Shown: positions 20,425-29,428 of the stretch, one piece after another
Numbering within the stretch: position 1 is the first letter of the stretch
Layout of the letters: every line of letters starts with the position of its first letter
Assembly (NCBI GenBank): GCA_946639585.1
Contig: CAMPBS010000005.1
Location: 5,187 to 69,186, forward strand
Direction: 5' to 3'
Length of the DNA: 64,000 nt
DNA from: an uncultured Clostridium sp.
GTDB taxonomy: Bacteria > Bacillota > Clostridia > TANB77 > CAG-508
Notes under the pieces: generated by a model
What the model was told of the DNA's origin: nothing
The model's input: only the letters and a program-made list of their open reading frames with translations
The model's database searches: none
Position numbers and translations under genes: made by a program

Positions 20425-20566
20425 AGAATAAATATATTAATTTTTAAATTCCGCGTAAGCGACCAACCGGAGCGAAAGCGTAGGGCGACTGGAGCAACTT
20501 ACAAACTAGTATTTTTAAATTTGGAAGTTGCGACACCAAGGAATTTAAAAATAATATATTTATTCT
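20425..20566 (-). other. GC-rich structured intergenic element E2 (27-bp AT-rich inverted arms around a GC-rich core)
   Basis: Arms are AGAATAAATATATTAATTTTTAAATTCC (20425-20452) and GGAATTTAAAAATAATATATTTATTCT (20540-20566). The core contains CGC-GTAA-GCG and GC-GAAA-GC tetraloop-like hairpins and three GCGAC..GGAGC repeats. Confidence 0.35.
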
Positions 20567-20577
20567 ATTATTAATAA

Positions 20578-23184
20578 TTATATATTACCATTATAAGCTT
20601 TTAAATATAAATCTTTAATTTCAGAAATTAAAGGATATCTTGGATTTGCACCAGTACATTGGTCATCAAAAGCTTGCTCAGACATTTCATCAAGAGTAGC
20701 CATAAAGTCTTCTTCTGAAATGTTATATTCTTTTATTGATGATTTAATTCCAATAGCAGCTTTTAACTCTTCAATTTTAGCAATAAGTTTATCTAATTTT
20801 TCTTGGTCATCTTTTCCCTCAATTTCTAAGCTTTCAGCAATTTGAGCATATCTTCTTAAAGTATGTGGATATTCATATTGTGGGAATGTTCCCATTTTGT
20901 TTGGAACTTCGGCTGCGTTAAATCTCATTACTTGTGGTATTACAAGTGAAACTGTTACACCATGTGGTAAGTGGTGGAATGCTCCTAATTTGTGTCCCAT
21001 TGAGTGTGCTATTCCTAAAAATGCATTTGCAAATGCCATACCTGCCATTGTTGCAGCATGTGCCATTTTTTCTCTTGCTTCTGGATCTTCTGCGCCTTTC
21101 TCATATGCTCTTGGTAGGTATTCAAATATTAATTTAATTGCTTCTAATGCTAATCCATCTGTAAACTCTGTTGCCATCATTGATGCATAAGCTTCTAATG
21201 AGTGAACTAATGCATCTATTCCAGATGCTGATGTTAAACCTTTTGGAGCATTCATCATTAAATCTGTATCTACTATTGCCATATTTGGCATTAATTGATA
21301 ATCTGCTAAAGGATATTTTGCTCCTGTTTTTTCATCTGTTATAACTGCAAATGGTGTTACTTCTGAACCTGTTCCAGATGATGTTGGAACTGCTATAAAG
21401 TAAGCTTTTTCTCCCATTTTAGGGAATTCATATACTCTTTTTCTGATGTCCATAAATCTCATTGCCATGTCATAGAAATCAGCTTCTGGATGTTCATATA
21501 GTACCCACATGATTTTTGCTGCATCCATTGCTGAACCACCACCAAGTGCTATTATGCAATCTGGTTTAAATGTTTCCATTAGAGCTGCACCTTCTTTTGC
21601 AGAAGCTAAACTTGGGTCTGGCGCAACATTTGAGAATGTTGTGTGTGCTATTCCTAATTCATCTAATTTGTCTGTAATTCCTTTTGTATAACCATTTTCA
21701 TATAAAAATTTGTCTGTTACTATGAATACTTTTTTTCTATTTAATACATATTTTAATTCTTCTAAGGCAACTGGTAAGCAACCTCTTTTTATATATACCT
21801 TTTCAGGCGCTCTAAACCAAAGCATATTTTCTCTCCTTTCGGCTACTGTTTTTATATTTAATAAATTTTTTACTCCTACATTTCCTGAAACTGAGTTTCC
21901 TCCCCATGAACCGCATCCAAGTGTTAATGATGGATCTAATTTAAAGTTGTATATATCTCCTATTCCTCCATGTGATGACGGTGTATTTACTAATACTCTA
22001 CATGTTCTCATTGCTGAATAGAATTTTTGTAGTTTTTCTTCTTCTTTTTCTGCATTTATATATAGTGATGAACTGTGGCCTAGTCCTCCACCATCAATTA
22101 GCTTGCACGCTTTTGTTATTGCGTCATCAAAATCTTTGGCTTTATACATTGCTAGCACTGGAGATAATTTTTCGTGTGCAAATTCTTCAGAAACTTCTGT
22201 TGATTCTACCTCTCCAATTAAGATTTTTGTATCCTCTGGCACTTCAACATCTGCTAATTTAGCTATTGTATGAGCTTTTTGTCCAACTATTTTTGCATTT
22301 AAAGAGTCATTTATGATTATTGTTTTACGAACTTTTTCAGTTTCTTCAGGATTTAAGAAGTAGCAACCTCTTTTTGCAAATTCGTCTCTTACTTCTTCAT
22401 ATATTTTTTCTGGTACAATTACAGATTGCTCTGATGCACAAATCATTCCATTATCAAATGTTTTTGAATGTATTATTGAGTTAACTGCAAGTTTAATATC
22501 TGCGCTTTCATCTATTACTGCTGGCACATTTCCTGCGCCTACTCCTAATGCTGGTTTTCCACTTGAATAAGCGCTCTTTACCATTCCTGGTCCACCTGTT
22601 GCTAATATTGTATCTGCTGATTGCATTAACATATTTGTCATGTCTAATGATGGCACATCTATCCAACCTATTATTCCTTCTGGCGCTCCTGCTTTTACTG
22701 CTGCCTCTAAAACTATTTTAGCCGCTTCTATTGTTGACTTTTTAGCTCTTGGATGTGGACTTATTATTATACCATTTCTTGTTTTTAAACATATTAAAGT
22801 TTTGAAAATTGCTGTTGATGTTGGGTTTGTTGTTGGTATAACTGCTGCAATTAAACCAAGTGGCTCTGCAACTCTTTTTATTCCATATGCCTTGTCTTCT
22901 TCAATAACTCCACAAGTTTTAGTATTTTTGTATTTGTTGTAGATATATTCTGCTGCATAATTATTTTTTATAACTTTATCTTCTACAACTCCCATTCCTG
23001 TTTCTTCAACTGCCATTTTTGCAAGTGGTATTCTTGCCTTATTTGCAGCTAAAGCTGCCGCTAAAAAGATTTTGTCTACTTCTTCTTGTGAATATTTTGC
23101 AAATTTAGCTTGAGCTTCTTTTACTTGTTTTATTTTTTCCTCTAGACTTTCCAAGCTATCTACAATTTTGTAATCATTTGCCAT
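20578..23184 (-). CDS. adhE: bifunctional acetaldehyde-CoA/alcohol dehydrogenase AdhE
   Basis: N-terminal ALDH domain plus C-terminal Fe-ADH domain (GGGSAMDAAK; HSMGHKLGAFHHLPHG). The ATG at 23184 lies 9 nt after GGGAG; the track start at 23193 is TTG. Confidence 0.95.
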   Translation of the reverse strand: MANDYKIVDSLESLEEKIKQVKEAQAKFAKYSQEEVDKIFLAAALAANKARIPLAKMAVEETGMGVVEDKVIKNNYAAEYIYNKYKNTKTCGVIEEDKAYGIKRVAEPLGLIAAVIPTTNPTSTAIFKTLICLKTRNGIIISPHPRAKKSTIEAAKIVLEAAVKAGAPEGIIGWIDVPSLDMTNMLMQSADTILATGGPGMVKSAYSSGKPALGVGAGNVPAVIDESADIKLAVNSIIHSKTFDNGMICASEQSVIVPEKIYEEVRDEFAKRGCYFLNPEETEKVRKTIIINDSLNAKIVGQKAHTIAKLADVEVPEDTKILIGEVESTEVSEEFAHEKLSPVLAMYKAKDFDDAITKACKLIDGGGLGHSSSLYINAEKEEEKLQKFYSAMRTCRVLVNTPSSHGGIGDIYNFKLDPSLTLGCGSWGGNSVSGNVGVKNLLNIKTVAERRENMLWFRAPEKVYIKRGCLPVALEELKYVLNRKKVFIVTDKFLYENGYTKGITDKLDELGIAHTTFSNVAPDPSLASAKEGAALMETFKPDCIIALGGGSAMDAAKIMWVLYEHPEADFYDMAMRFMDIRKRVYEFPKMGEKAYFIAVPTSSGTGSEVTPFAVITDEKTGAKYPLADYQLMPNMAIVDTDLMMNAPKGLTSASGIDALVHSLEAYASMMATEFTDGLALEAIKLIFEYLPRAYEKGAEDPEAREKMAHAATMAGMAFANAFLGIAHSMGHKLGAFHHLPHGVTVSLVIPQVMRFNAAEVPNKMGTFPQYEYPHTLRRYAQIAESLEIEGKDDQEKLDKLIAKIEELKAAIGIKSSIKEYNISEEDFMATLDEMSEQAFDDQCTGANPRYPLISEIKDLYLKAYNGNI

Positions 23185-23311
23185 AATTTTCAACTCCCAT
23201 CTGTTTGTGAAATATATGTATTATATTTCCATTGTATAGTATATACAAAATTTTGAATTTATAACATTTTTTTCAAATTTCGTATGCCCTTTTAAGATAT
23301 CACTAAGAATT

Positions 23312-23351
23312 AAAAAAAGCAATAGAATTTTAAATTTTCTATTGCTTTTTG
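23312..23351. terminator. terminator after rpe
   Basis: AAAAAAAGCAATAGAA..TTCTATTGCTTTTT. Confidence 0.65.
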
Positions 23352-23361
23352 AGACTTAAAT

Positions 23362-24021
23362 TTATTGTTTTAATTCGTCTATAATTACTTTAAAATCTTT
23401 TGCTATTAATATTGCAGTTCCTGCTACTAAGATATTTGCCCCTGCTTCTTTTACTGCTGGAGCTGTTTGCAAGTTTATTCCTCCATCTGCTTCTATATCT
23501 ATTTCCAAGCCATTTTCATCAACATACTTTTTAAGAGTTTTTATTTTGTTTACCATGTCTTTAAGTAATGTTTGTCCACCTTTTCCTGGTTCTACTGTCA
23601 TTATTAAAACTAGATGAACATATGGTAAAAATTCATAAATACTTTCTATTGGAGTATTTGGTTTTACAGATATTCCAACTTTGCAATTATTTTGTTTTAT
23701 ATAATTTATTATTTCCATTACTTCTTCTTTGTTTTTGCACGCTTCATAATGAAATGTTATTATATTAGGCTCTACAGCTAAGAAATCATCAATTGCACTT
23801 TTTACATTTTCTACCATTAAATGTACATCTTGTGGCAAGTTTGAGATTCTTTTTATATATGAGCTGTATGCAAGCATTTTCTCATATGTATCATTCTCTA
23901 CAAATTTGCCATCCATAACATCTATATGAAAATAATCTGTTTTTGCCTTTTCTAATGCAAAAAATGTATCTGCCTCTTTCCCTTTTAATGTAGATAAAAT
24001 TGATGTTGATATTTCTACCAT
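23362..24021 (-). CDS. rpe: ribulose-phosphate 3-epimerase
   Basis: HIDVMDGKFV, LMTVEPGKGGQ and DGGIN motifs. Confidence 0.9.
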   Translation of the reverse strand: MVEISTSILSTLKGKEADTFFALEKAKTDYFHIDVMDGKFVENDTYEKMLAYSSYIKRISNLPQDVHLMVENVKSAIDDFLAVEPNIITFHYEACKNKEEVMEIINYIKQNNCKVGISVKPNTPIESIYEFLPYVHLVLIMTVEPGKGGQTLLKDMVNKIKTLKKYVDENGLEIDIEADGGINLQTAPAVKEAGANILVAGTAILIAKDFKVIIDELKQ

Positions 24022-24896
24022 TTTTTATTCTCCTTATCTTTCAATTCACTATAAATCCTTACAAATCTATTGTATCTGTCTAAGTTTATTTTTCCCGCTT
24101 CTACCGCATTCTTTATTCCACAATTTTCTTCTTTTATGTGTGTGCAACCTACAAATTCGCAGTCTTTTATATATTGTTTGAATTCTTTAAAACATTTTTC
24201 TAATTCAGTTGTTTCTATTTCTGATATTTCAAATGTTGAAAAGCCTGGTGTATCTGCAATATATGTATTTTCGTCTATTTCGTATAGTTTTATTGATGTT
24301 GTTGTATTTTTTCCTCTTTTATTTTTCTGGCTTATTTCGCCTTCCATTGTTAGATTTTCATTAAATATTGAATTTATAAGTGTTGATTTTCCAACACCAG
24401 AATTTCCCGAAAAAACATTTATGTTGTTTTTCATCAGCTTAACTAATTCTTTTACTCCGCTACCTGCATTTGCTTGTGTTTCTATTACTTTGTATCCAAC
24501 ATTTTCATATATTTTCTTTATTTGCTTAAATTCTGTTTCCTTATCCAAGTCTATTTTATTTAGAACTATTATTGATTTTATATTTAGAAATTCAGCAAAT
24601 GCTAATTGTTTATCTAACATTAGCAAATCTGGCTTTGGATGTTTGCTAGATAGTACAAATACAAGTTGAGAAATATTTGCAACTTTGGGTCTTTTTACAT
24701 AGTTTTTTCTTGGCAAAATTTCGTCAATTACTGCTTCTTTTTTTTCTTCATTTATTTCTGCTATTTTCACCAAATCTCCAACAACTGGTGTTATATCTTC
24801 TTTTTTGAATTTTCCTCTAGCTGTTGTAGTATATATATTTTCTCCACTTTTCACCTTATATAAATTTGATATGTTTTCTATTATTAGGCCTTGCAT
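24015..24896 (-). CDS. rsgA: ribosome small subunit-dependent GTPase A
   Basis: Circularly permuted GTPase motifs (LNKIDL ... GNSGVGKSTLIN) and a C-terminal zinc cluster CxHxxExxC. Confidence 0.9.
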   Translation of the reverse strand: MQGLIIENISNLYKVKSGENIYTTTARGKFKKEDITPVVGDLVKIAEINEEKKEAVIDEILPRKNYVKRPKVANISQLVFVLSSKHPKPDLLMLDKQLAFAEFLNIKSIIVLNKIDLDKETEFKQIKKIYENVGYKVIETQANAGSGVKELVKLMKNNINVFSGNSGVGKSTLINSIFNENLTMEGEISQKNKRGKNTTTSIKLYEIDENTYIADTPGFSTFEISEIETTELEKCFKEFKQYIKDCEFVGCTHIKEENCGIKNAVEAGKINLDRYNRFVRIYSELKDKENKKW

Positions 24897-24971
24897 TATT
24901 CCTCCATTTTTTCTTTATTTCAATTATGAGGAACGATTAAAAAAGTCGTTCCTCATATTTTCTTTATTTTA

Positions 24972-26972
24972 TTATTCTATTACAACTGGTGATTCTGCTG
25001 TATCAAAATTAATGTCTTTTGTTCTTACAAAATTACCAATTTGAACAGTGATTTTATGACTTCCATTACCAGATACATCTACGCCAACATTTTGCTCATC
25101 TTCTTTAACTGTTCTTGTATCCACAACATTACCATCTAATGATGTTTTTACTTCAACACTTTTAACTGTTTTGGCTTTTTCTTTTTCTTTATTTGATGTG
25201 TTATCTGTTTTTTCAGTACTTGCAGCTGGTTCATTATAACCTGTTATTTTCTTAACATTTATTGATAATTTAACTGTTTTGCTTGCTTTATAGTTATTTA
25301 CAGTAAGTGTTATACTTGCATCTTTTTCTACTGTACTTCCATCTACTATACTTTGTTTTATTACTTTTCCATAATCTTTACTTGAATTTTCTTCATAAGC
25401 TATGTTTATATTTGTTATTCCTATAGCATTTAGTGCTTTTTTAGCTTCTTCTTCGTCTTTATCTATAACACTAACCATAGTTACTTTTTCTACACCAGTA
25501 CTTACATGTATTTTTACTGTTTCACCTGCTAGTACTTCTGTATCTGCTTCTGTTTCTTGGCTAATTACATAACCTTCTTTTACAGTTTTGCTATTTTCTT
25601 CAACTATTTCTGCTGTTAGTTTTGCTTCTTCTAGTAGTTTTGTAGCTTCTTCTTTTTCTTTTCCTTTAACATTTGGAACTTTAGTCTTTTCTTGTCCTTT
25701 ACTTATTATAACAAAGATTTTGCTTCCTTCTTTTACTGTTAAATTTCCCATTGCTCTCATGTATTCTCCAATTTCTGTTTTTAGGCTAATTACTTTTCCA
25801 GCTTCTACTTCTTTGTCATATTCTTCTTTGTCTTTTTCAAATACTAGTTTAGCATCCTCTATTTGCTTTTTAGCTTCTTCTTCTGTCATACCTATTACGT
25901 TTGGAACCTTAGTTTCTTTAGGTTTTGATGAACTTAGCATTGACATTGTTCCTATAAATGTTATGAAAAATAATAGTACAACTCCTGCCATTGCGCTTAT
26001 TACTCTATGGCTTTTTATAAATGATATAAGTTTATTTTCTTTTTTCTTATTTTTTCTTTTATTTGCTCTTTCAATTTCCTCTGCATTTAATTTTTGTGTT
26101 CTAGCAGTTGGGTCATATTCTTTTTCCTCTACAAAATCTCCTTCTGGATTTTTTAGAGCTGCCTTTAAGTCCACAAGCATTTCTGTACTTGTTTGATATC
26201 TTAATGTTGCATCTTTTTTCAATGCTTTCATTATAATTTTATTTACTGATGATGGCATGTTTGGATTTTTTTCTATTGGTTCTGTTGGTTCTTCTTGCAT
26301 ATGTTTTAATGCAACAGAAACAGGTGTATCTGCATCAAATGGTACTTTTCCAGTAAGCATCTCGTACATTACAACACCTAATGAGTAAATATCAGATTTT
26401 GCATCTGTAAATCCTCCCCTTGCATGTTCTGGTGAAAAATAGTGTACTGAACCAATTGTTGTTCCAAATGCTGTAATTGTTGAATTTGAAACCGCTTTTG
26501 CTATTCCAAAATCTGTAACTTTTGCTATTCCATCTTCTGTAATAATTATATTATGTGGTTTTATATCTCTATGTATTATGTTGTTTCTATGAGCCATTTC
26601 TAAGGCTTGAGCTATTTGGATTGCTACATTTACTGACCATTTCCATGGAAGTGGTCCTTGTTCTTCTACTATTATTTCTTTTAAAGTTTTTCCTTGGATA
26701 AGCTCCATTACTATAAAATGTAAATTTCCGTCTACACCTACATCATATATTGAAACTATATTAGGATGTGTTAGTCTAGCTGCTGATTGAGCTTCTACTT
26801 CAAATCTTCTTATAAATTCTTCATCTGTTGTAAATTCATCTCTAAGTATCTTTACGGCAACTTGTCTTTTTAATATTTTATCTGTTGCTTTATATACTGT
26901 TGCCATTCCTCCATTACCTATTTTCTTTATTATTTCATATCTATTCCCAAGTAACTTTCCTTCTAAATCCAT
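24972..26972 (-). CDS. prkC: Ser/Thr protein kinase with PASTA repeats (PrkC)
   Basis: Hanks kinase motifs (GGMATVYKA, HRDIKPHN, DFGIA), a transmembrane segment, then three PASTA-like repeats. Confidence 0.9.
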   Translation of the reverse strand: MDLEGKLLGNRYEIIKKIGNGGMATVYKATDKILKRQVAVKILRDEFTTDEEFIRRFEVEAQSAARLTHPNIVSIYDVGVDGNLHFIVMELIQGKTLKEIIVEEQGPLPWKWSVNVAIQIAQALEMAHRNNIIHRDIKPHNIIITEDGIAKVTDFGIAKAVSNSTITAFGTTIGSVHYFSPEHARGGFTDAKSDIYSLGVVMYEMLTGKVPFDADTPVSVALKHMQEEPTEPIEKNPNMPSSVNKIIMKALKKDATLRYQTSTEMLVDLKAALKNPEGDFVEEKEYDPTARTQKLNAEEIERANKRKNKKKENKLISFIKSHRVISAMAGVVLLFFITFIGTMSMLSSSKPKETKVPNVIGMTEEEAKKQIEDAKLVFEKDKEEYDKEVEAGKVISLKTEIGEYMRAMGNLTVKEGSKIFVIISKGQEKTKVPNVKGKEKEEATKLLEEAKLTAEIVEENSKTVKEGYVISQETEADTEVLAGETVKIHVSTGVEKVTMVSVIDKDEEEAKKALNAIGITNINIAYEENSSKDYGKVIKQSIVDGSTVEKDASITLTVNNYKASKTVKLSINVKKITGYNEPAASTEKTDNTSNKEKEKAKTVKSVEVKTSLDGNVVDTRTVKEDEQNVGVDVSGNGSHKITVQIGNFVRTKDINFDTAESPVVIE

Positions 26973-26996
26973 ATTATTACCTTCCCCTTCTAAGGT

Positions 26997-27734
26997 TTAT
27001 ATATTTTTTATCACTATTACTGTTACATTATCATAACCACCATTATTATTAGCTTGTTCTACTAATTTTTTTGGTATTTGTTCTAAGTTTTCTGTTTTTA
27101 TTGTTTCGAATATATGATCTTTGCTTACTAAATTTGTTAGTCCGTCTGTTGTCATTAAAAGAATATCATCTTTTTGGAAACCTTTTATCATTACATCTGG
27201 CTCTACAAATGCGTTGCAGCCGAGTGCTTTTATTAACATATTTTTTTGTGGATGATGTTGTGCTTCTTCTTGTGTTATTGTTCCATCTTTTACTAATTTT
27301 TGAACATAGCTGTGGTCTTGTGTAAGTTTTCTTATAAATTCTTTTCTTACTCTATATACTCTGCTATCCCCAACATGACCAATATATGCCTTATTATTAT
27401 ATATTAAGCATATGTCCATTGTAGTACCCATTTCTGATAGTTCTTCGTTTTCTTTTGATTTCTCGTAAACTACCATATTGGCATATTCTAAACTACTCCC
27501 TACCAATTGTATTATGCTTTCTTTGTCTTTTTCTGAACTAGCAAAATTGTTTTCTATATAATTTTTAGCTGATTGAACTGCTAGACTACTTGCTATTTCT
27601 CCGCCATTGTAACCACCCATTCCGTCTGCTATTATGAATAGTTGGACTTCGTCTAATGGCTCTGATATATAGTAGCTATCTTGGTTTTGTTCTCTAACTT
27701 TTCCAACATCTGACTTAGCGTAAGCTTGTATCAT
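26997..27734 (-). CDS. stp: PP2C-family Ser/Thr phosphatase (Stp/PrpC)
   Basis: DGMGG, GTTM and TDGL motifs, directly upstream of prkC. Confidence 0.9.
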   Translation of the reverse strand: MIQAYAKSDVGKVREQNQDSYYISEPLDEVQLFIIADGMGGYNGGEIASSLAVQSAKNYIENNFASSEKDKESIIQLVGSSLEYANMVVYEKSKENEELSEMGTTMDICLIYNNKAYIGHVGDSRVYRVRKEFIRKLTQDHSYVQKLVKDGTITQEEAQHHPQKNMLIKALGCNAFVEPDVMIKGFQKDDILLMTTDGLTNLVSKDHIFETIKTENLEQIPKKLVEQANNNGGYDNVTVIVIKNI

Positions 27735-27949
27735 TATTTCACCTCATGTTTGTTTTTTTTAGTTATATCATATTTGTTAACTTTTTGCAATATTTTTTCA
27801 ATAAGTTCTGTCCCTAATATGTATTGTTTTTTACTCTCCCCCAACTGCATAAGAAAGCCTATATAAAAAAGTTCTTCAAAACTTTTTTTATAAGGCTTTC
27901 TAATTTGTCGGTCCCCACAGCGTTCGTAAAAACAATACATATTAGAATA

Positions 27950-28894
27950 CTAATTAAATATTTCAAATTGGTTAATTGAATTTCCTCTTAAATAGTCTTG
28001 TATGCTCATTCTTTTTGCATTTTCACCTTGAATTTCTAATACTTTTAAAATTCCTTCTTTTGTTTTGATGTATATTCCATCTTTTTTATCTGATTTTATT
28101 ACAGTTCCATTTTTAAGTTCTAGATTTTCTTCTATTCCTTCGGCTAAATCTACCTTCCAGAACTTTATTTTTTTGCCATTTAAAAAAGTATATGCTCCCA
28201 TTATTGGATTTAAACCTCTAACTAGATTTTTTATTTCTCTAGCATTTTTGTTCTCCCAATCTATTTTTGCCATTTCTTTATCTAGCATTGGAGCCATTGT
28301 AAAATCATCTCCTTGTGGAATTCTAGGTGCTGTTCCAGCTTCTATTTGTTTTAGTGTTTCTACTAATAGTTCTGAACCTATTTTAGAAAGTTTTTCCCAT
28401 AATTCTCCTGTTGTTTCGTCCTCTCCAATTTCAACTTCTTGTTTTAAAATCATGTCTCCTGTGTCCATTCCAGTTCCCATGTACATTGTTGTAATTCCTG
28501 TTGTTTTGTCTCCATTTAGTACTGCCCATTGAATTGGTGCAGCCCCCCTGTATTTTGGAAGCAATGAACCATGAACATTGATACAACCTTTCTCTGGAAT
28601 GTCTAAAATTTCTTGTGGTAGTATTTTACCATAAGCTACAACGCAGATTACATCTGGTTTTAAATCTTTTATTTCATTTATAAATTCTTCATTATTTCTT
28701 ACTTTTTCTGGTTGATAAATTTTTAAGTTTTTTTCAATTGCAAACTCTTTAACTGGAGATGCAACCATTTTCATTCCTCTTCCTTTTGGCTTATCTGGAT
28801 TTGTTACTACTGCTAAAATTTCGTATCCTTTATTATATAACGCTTCTAGACTTTCTTTTGCAAAGTCTGGCGTTCCCATAAATACAATTTTCAA
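27950..28894 (-). CDS. fmt: methionyl-tRNA formyltransferase
   Basis: KIVFMGTPDFA..., HGSLLPKYRGAAPIQ. The likely start is the second TTG (28894), 7 nt after GAGG; the track start is 28900. Confidence 0.9.
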   Translation of the reverse strand: MKIVFMGTPDFAKESLEALYNKGYEILAVVTNPDKPKGRGMKMVASPVKEFAIEKNLKIYQPEKVRNNEEFINEIKDLKPDVICVVAYGKILPQEILDIPEKGCINVHGSLLPKYRGAAPIQWAVLNGDKTTGITTMYMGTGMDTGDMILKQEVEIGEDETTGELWEKLSKIGSELLVETLKQIEAGTAPRIPQGDDFTMAPMLDKEMAKIDWENKNAREIKNLVRGLNPIMGAYTFLNGKKIKFWKVDLAEGIEENLELKNGTVIKSDKKDGIYIKTKEGILKVLEIQGENAKRMSIQDYLRGNSINQFEIFN

Positions 28895-28914
28895 ATTCAA
28901 AACCTCACATTCTA

Positions 28915-29394
28915 TTAGTTTTCTTCTGGTGTTACATACTCAAGTGTTCCTGGTACCATTTTGTCTACAAATACTTCTCCATTTAAGTGATCTACTTCGT
29001 GTGCTATTGCTTGCGCATACAAGTCTTTTGCTTTTTCTTTTACACGTTTTCCTTCTCTATTAGTGTATTCTACATGCACTTCTGTCGGTCTTATTACTTT
29101 AGCAAATTTATTTGGAAAACTTAGGCAACCTTCTTCCATTGGCTCAGCACCTTTTGTTTTTAGTATTACTGGATTTATCATTGCAACTGGACCATTTCCA
29201 TCATCTATATCTATTACTAGTACTTGTTTTAGCACTCCAACTTGAACTGCTGCAAGCCCTACACCATTGTATTTGTTCATTGTTTCTATCATGTCGTCAA
29301 TTAGTTCTTGTATTCTTTCATCAATGTTTTCTACTATTCTTGATTTTTTCTTTAATATTTCGTCGCCTTCTTGGCGTATTTGTCTAATTGCCAT
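28915..29394 (-). CDS. def: peptide deformylase
   Basis: GVGLAAVQVG, EGCLSFP and HEVDHLNG motifs. Confidence 0.95.
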   Translation of the reverse strand: MAIRQIRQEGDEILKKKSRIVENIDERIQELIDDMIETMNKYNGVGLAAVQVGVLKQVLVIDIDDGNGPVAMINPVILKTKGAEPMEEGCLSFPNKFAKVIRPTEVHVEYTNREGKRVKEKAKDLYAQAIAHEVDHLNGEVFVDKMVPGTLEYVTPEEN

Positions 29395-29428
29395 TATTTT
29401 TATTCCTTTCTATTTTACTAAATTATAA

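Noticed and set aside
20897-22942. Six plus-strand ORFs inside adhE
   Set aside because: They are antisense shadows of a highly conserved 868-aa gene, with no RBS.
23194-23361. Rex (redox) operator upstream of adhE
   Set aside because: Only a half-site, TTGTGAA (about 23204-23210), is present, without the paired TTCACAA. That is insufficient.
24926-24956. Hairpin ATGAGGAACGA..TCGTTCCTCAT between prkC and rsgA as a terminator
   Set aside because: On the transcribed (minus) strand it is not followed by a U-tract. The T-run is on the plus strand, where no gene is transcribed. It is probably an intra-operon hairpin and is not annotated as a terminator.
24070-26196. Plus-strand ORFs 24070-24669, 24666-24863, 24805-25044 and 25588-26196
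   Set aside because: They are antisense to rsgA and prkC and have low-complexity translations.
27734-27940. 68-aa minus-strand ORF between fmt and stp
   Set aside because: No Shine-Dalgarno sequence precedes either candidate start. The ORF spans a 48-nt palindromic hairpin and a likely stp promoter, and no motif is present. Treated as non-coding spacer.
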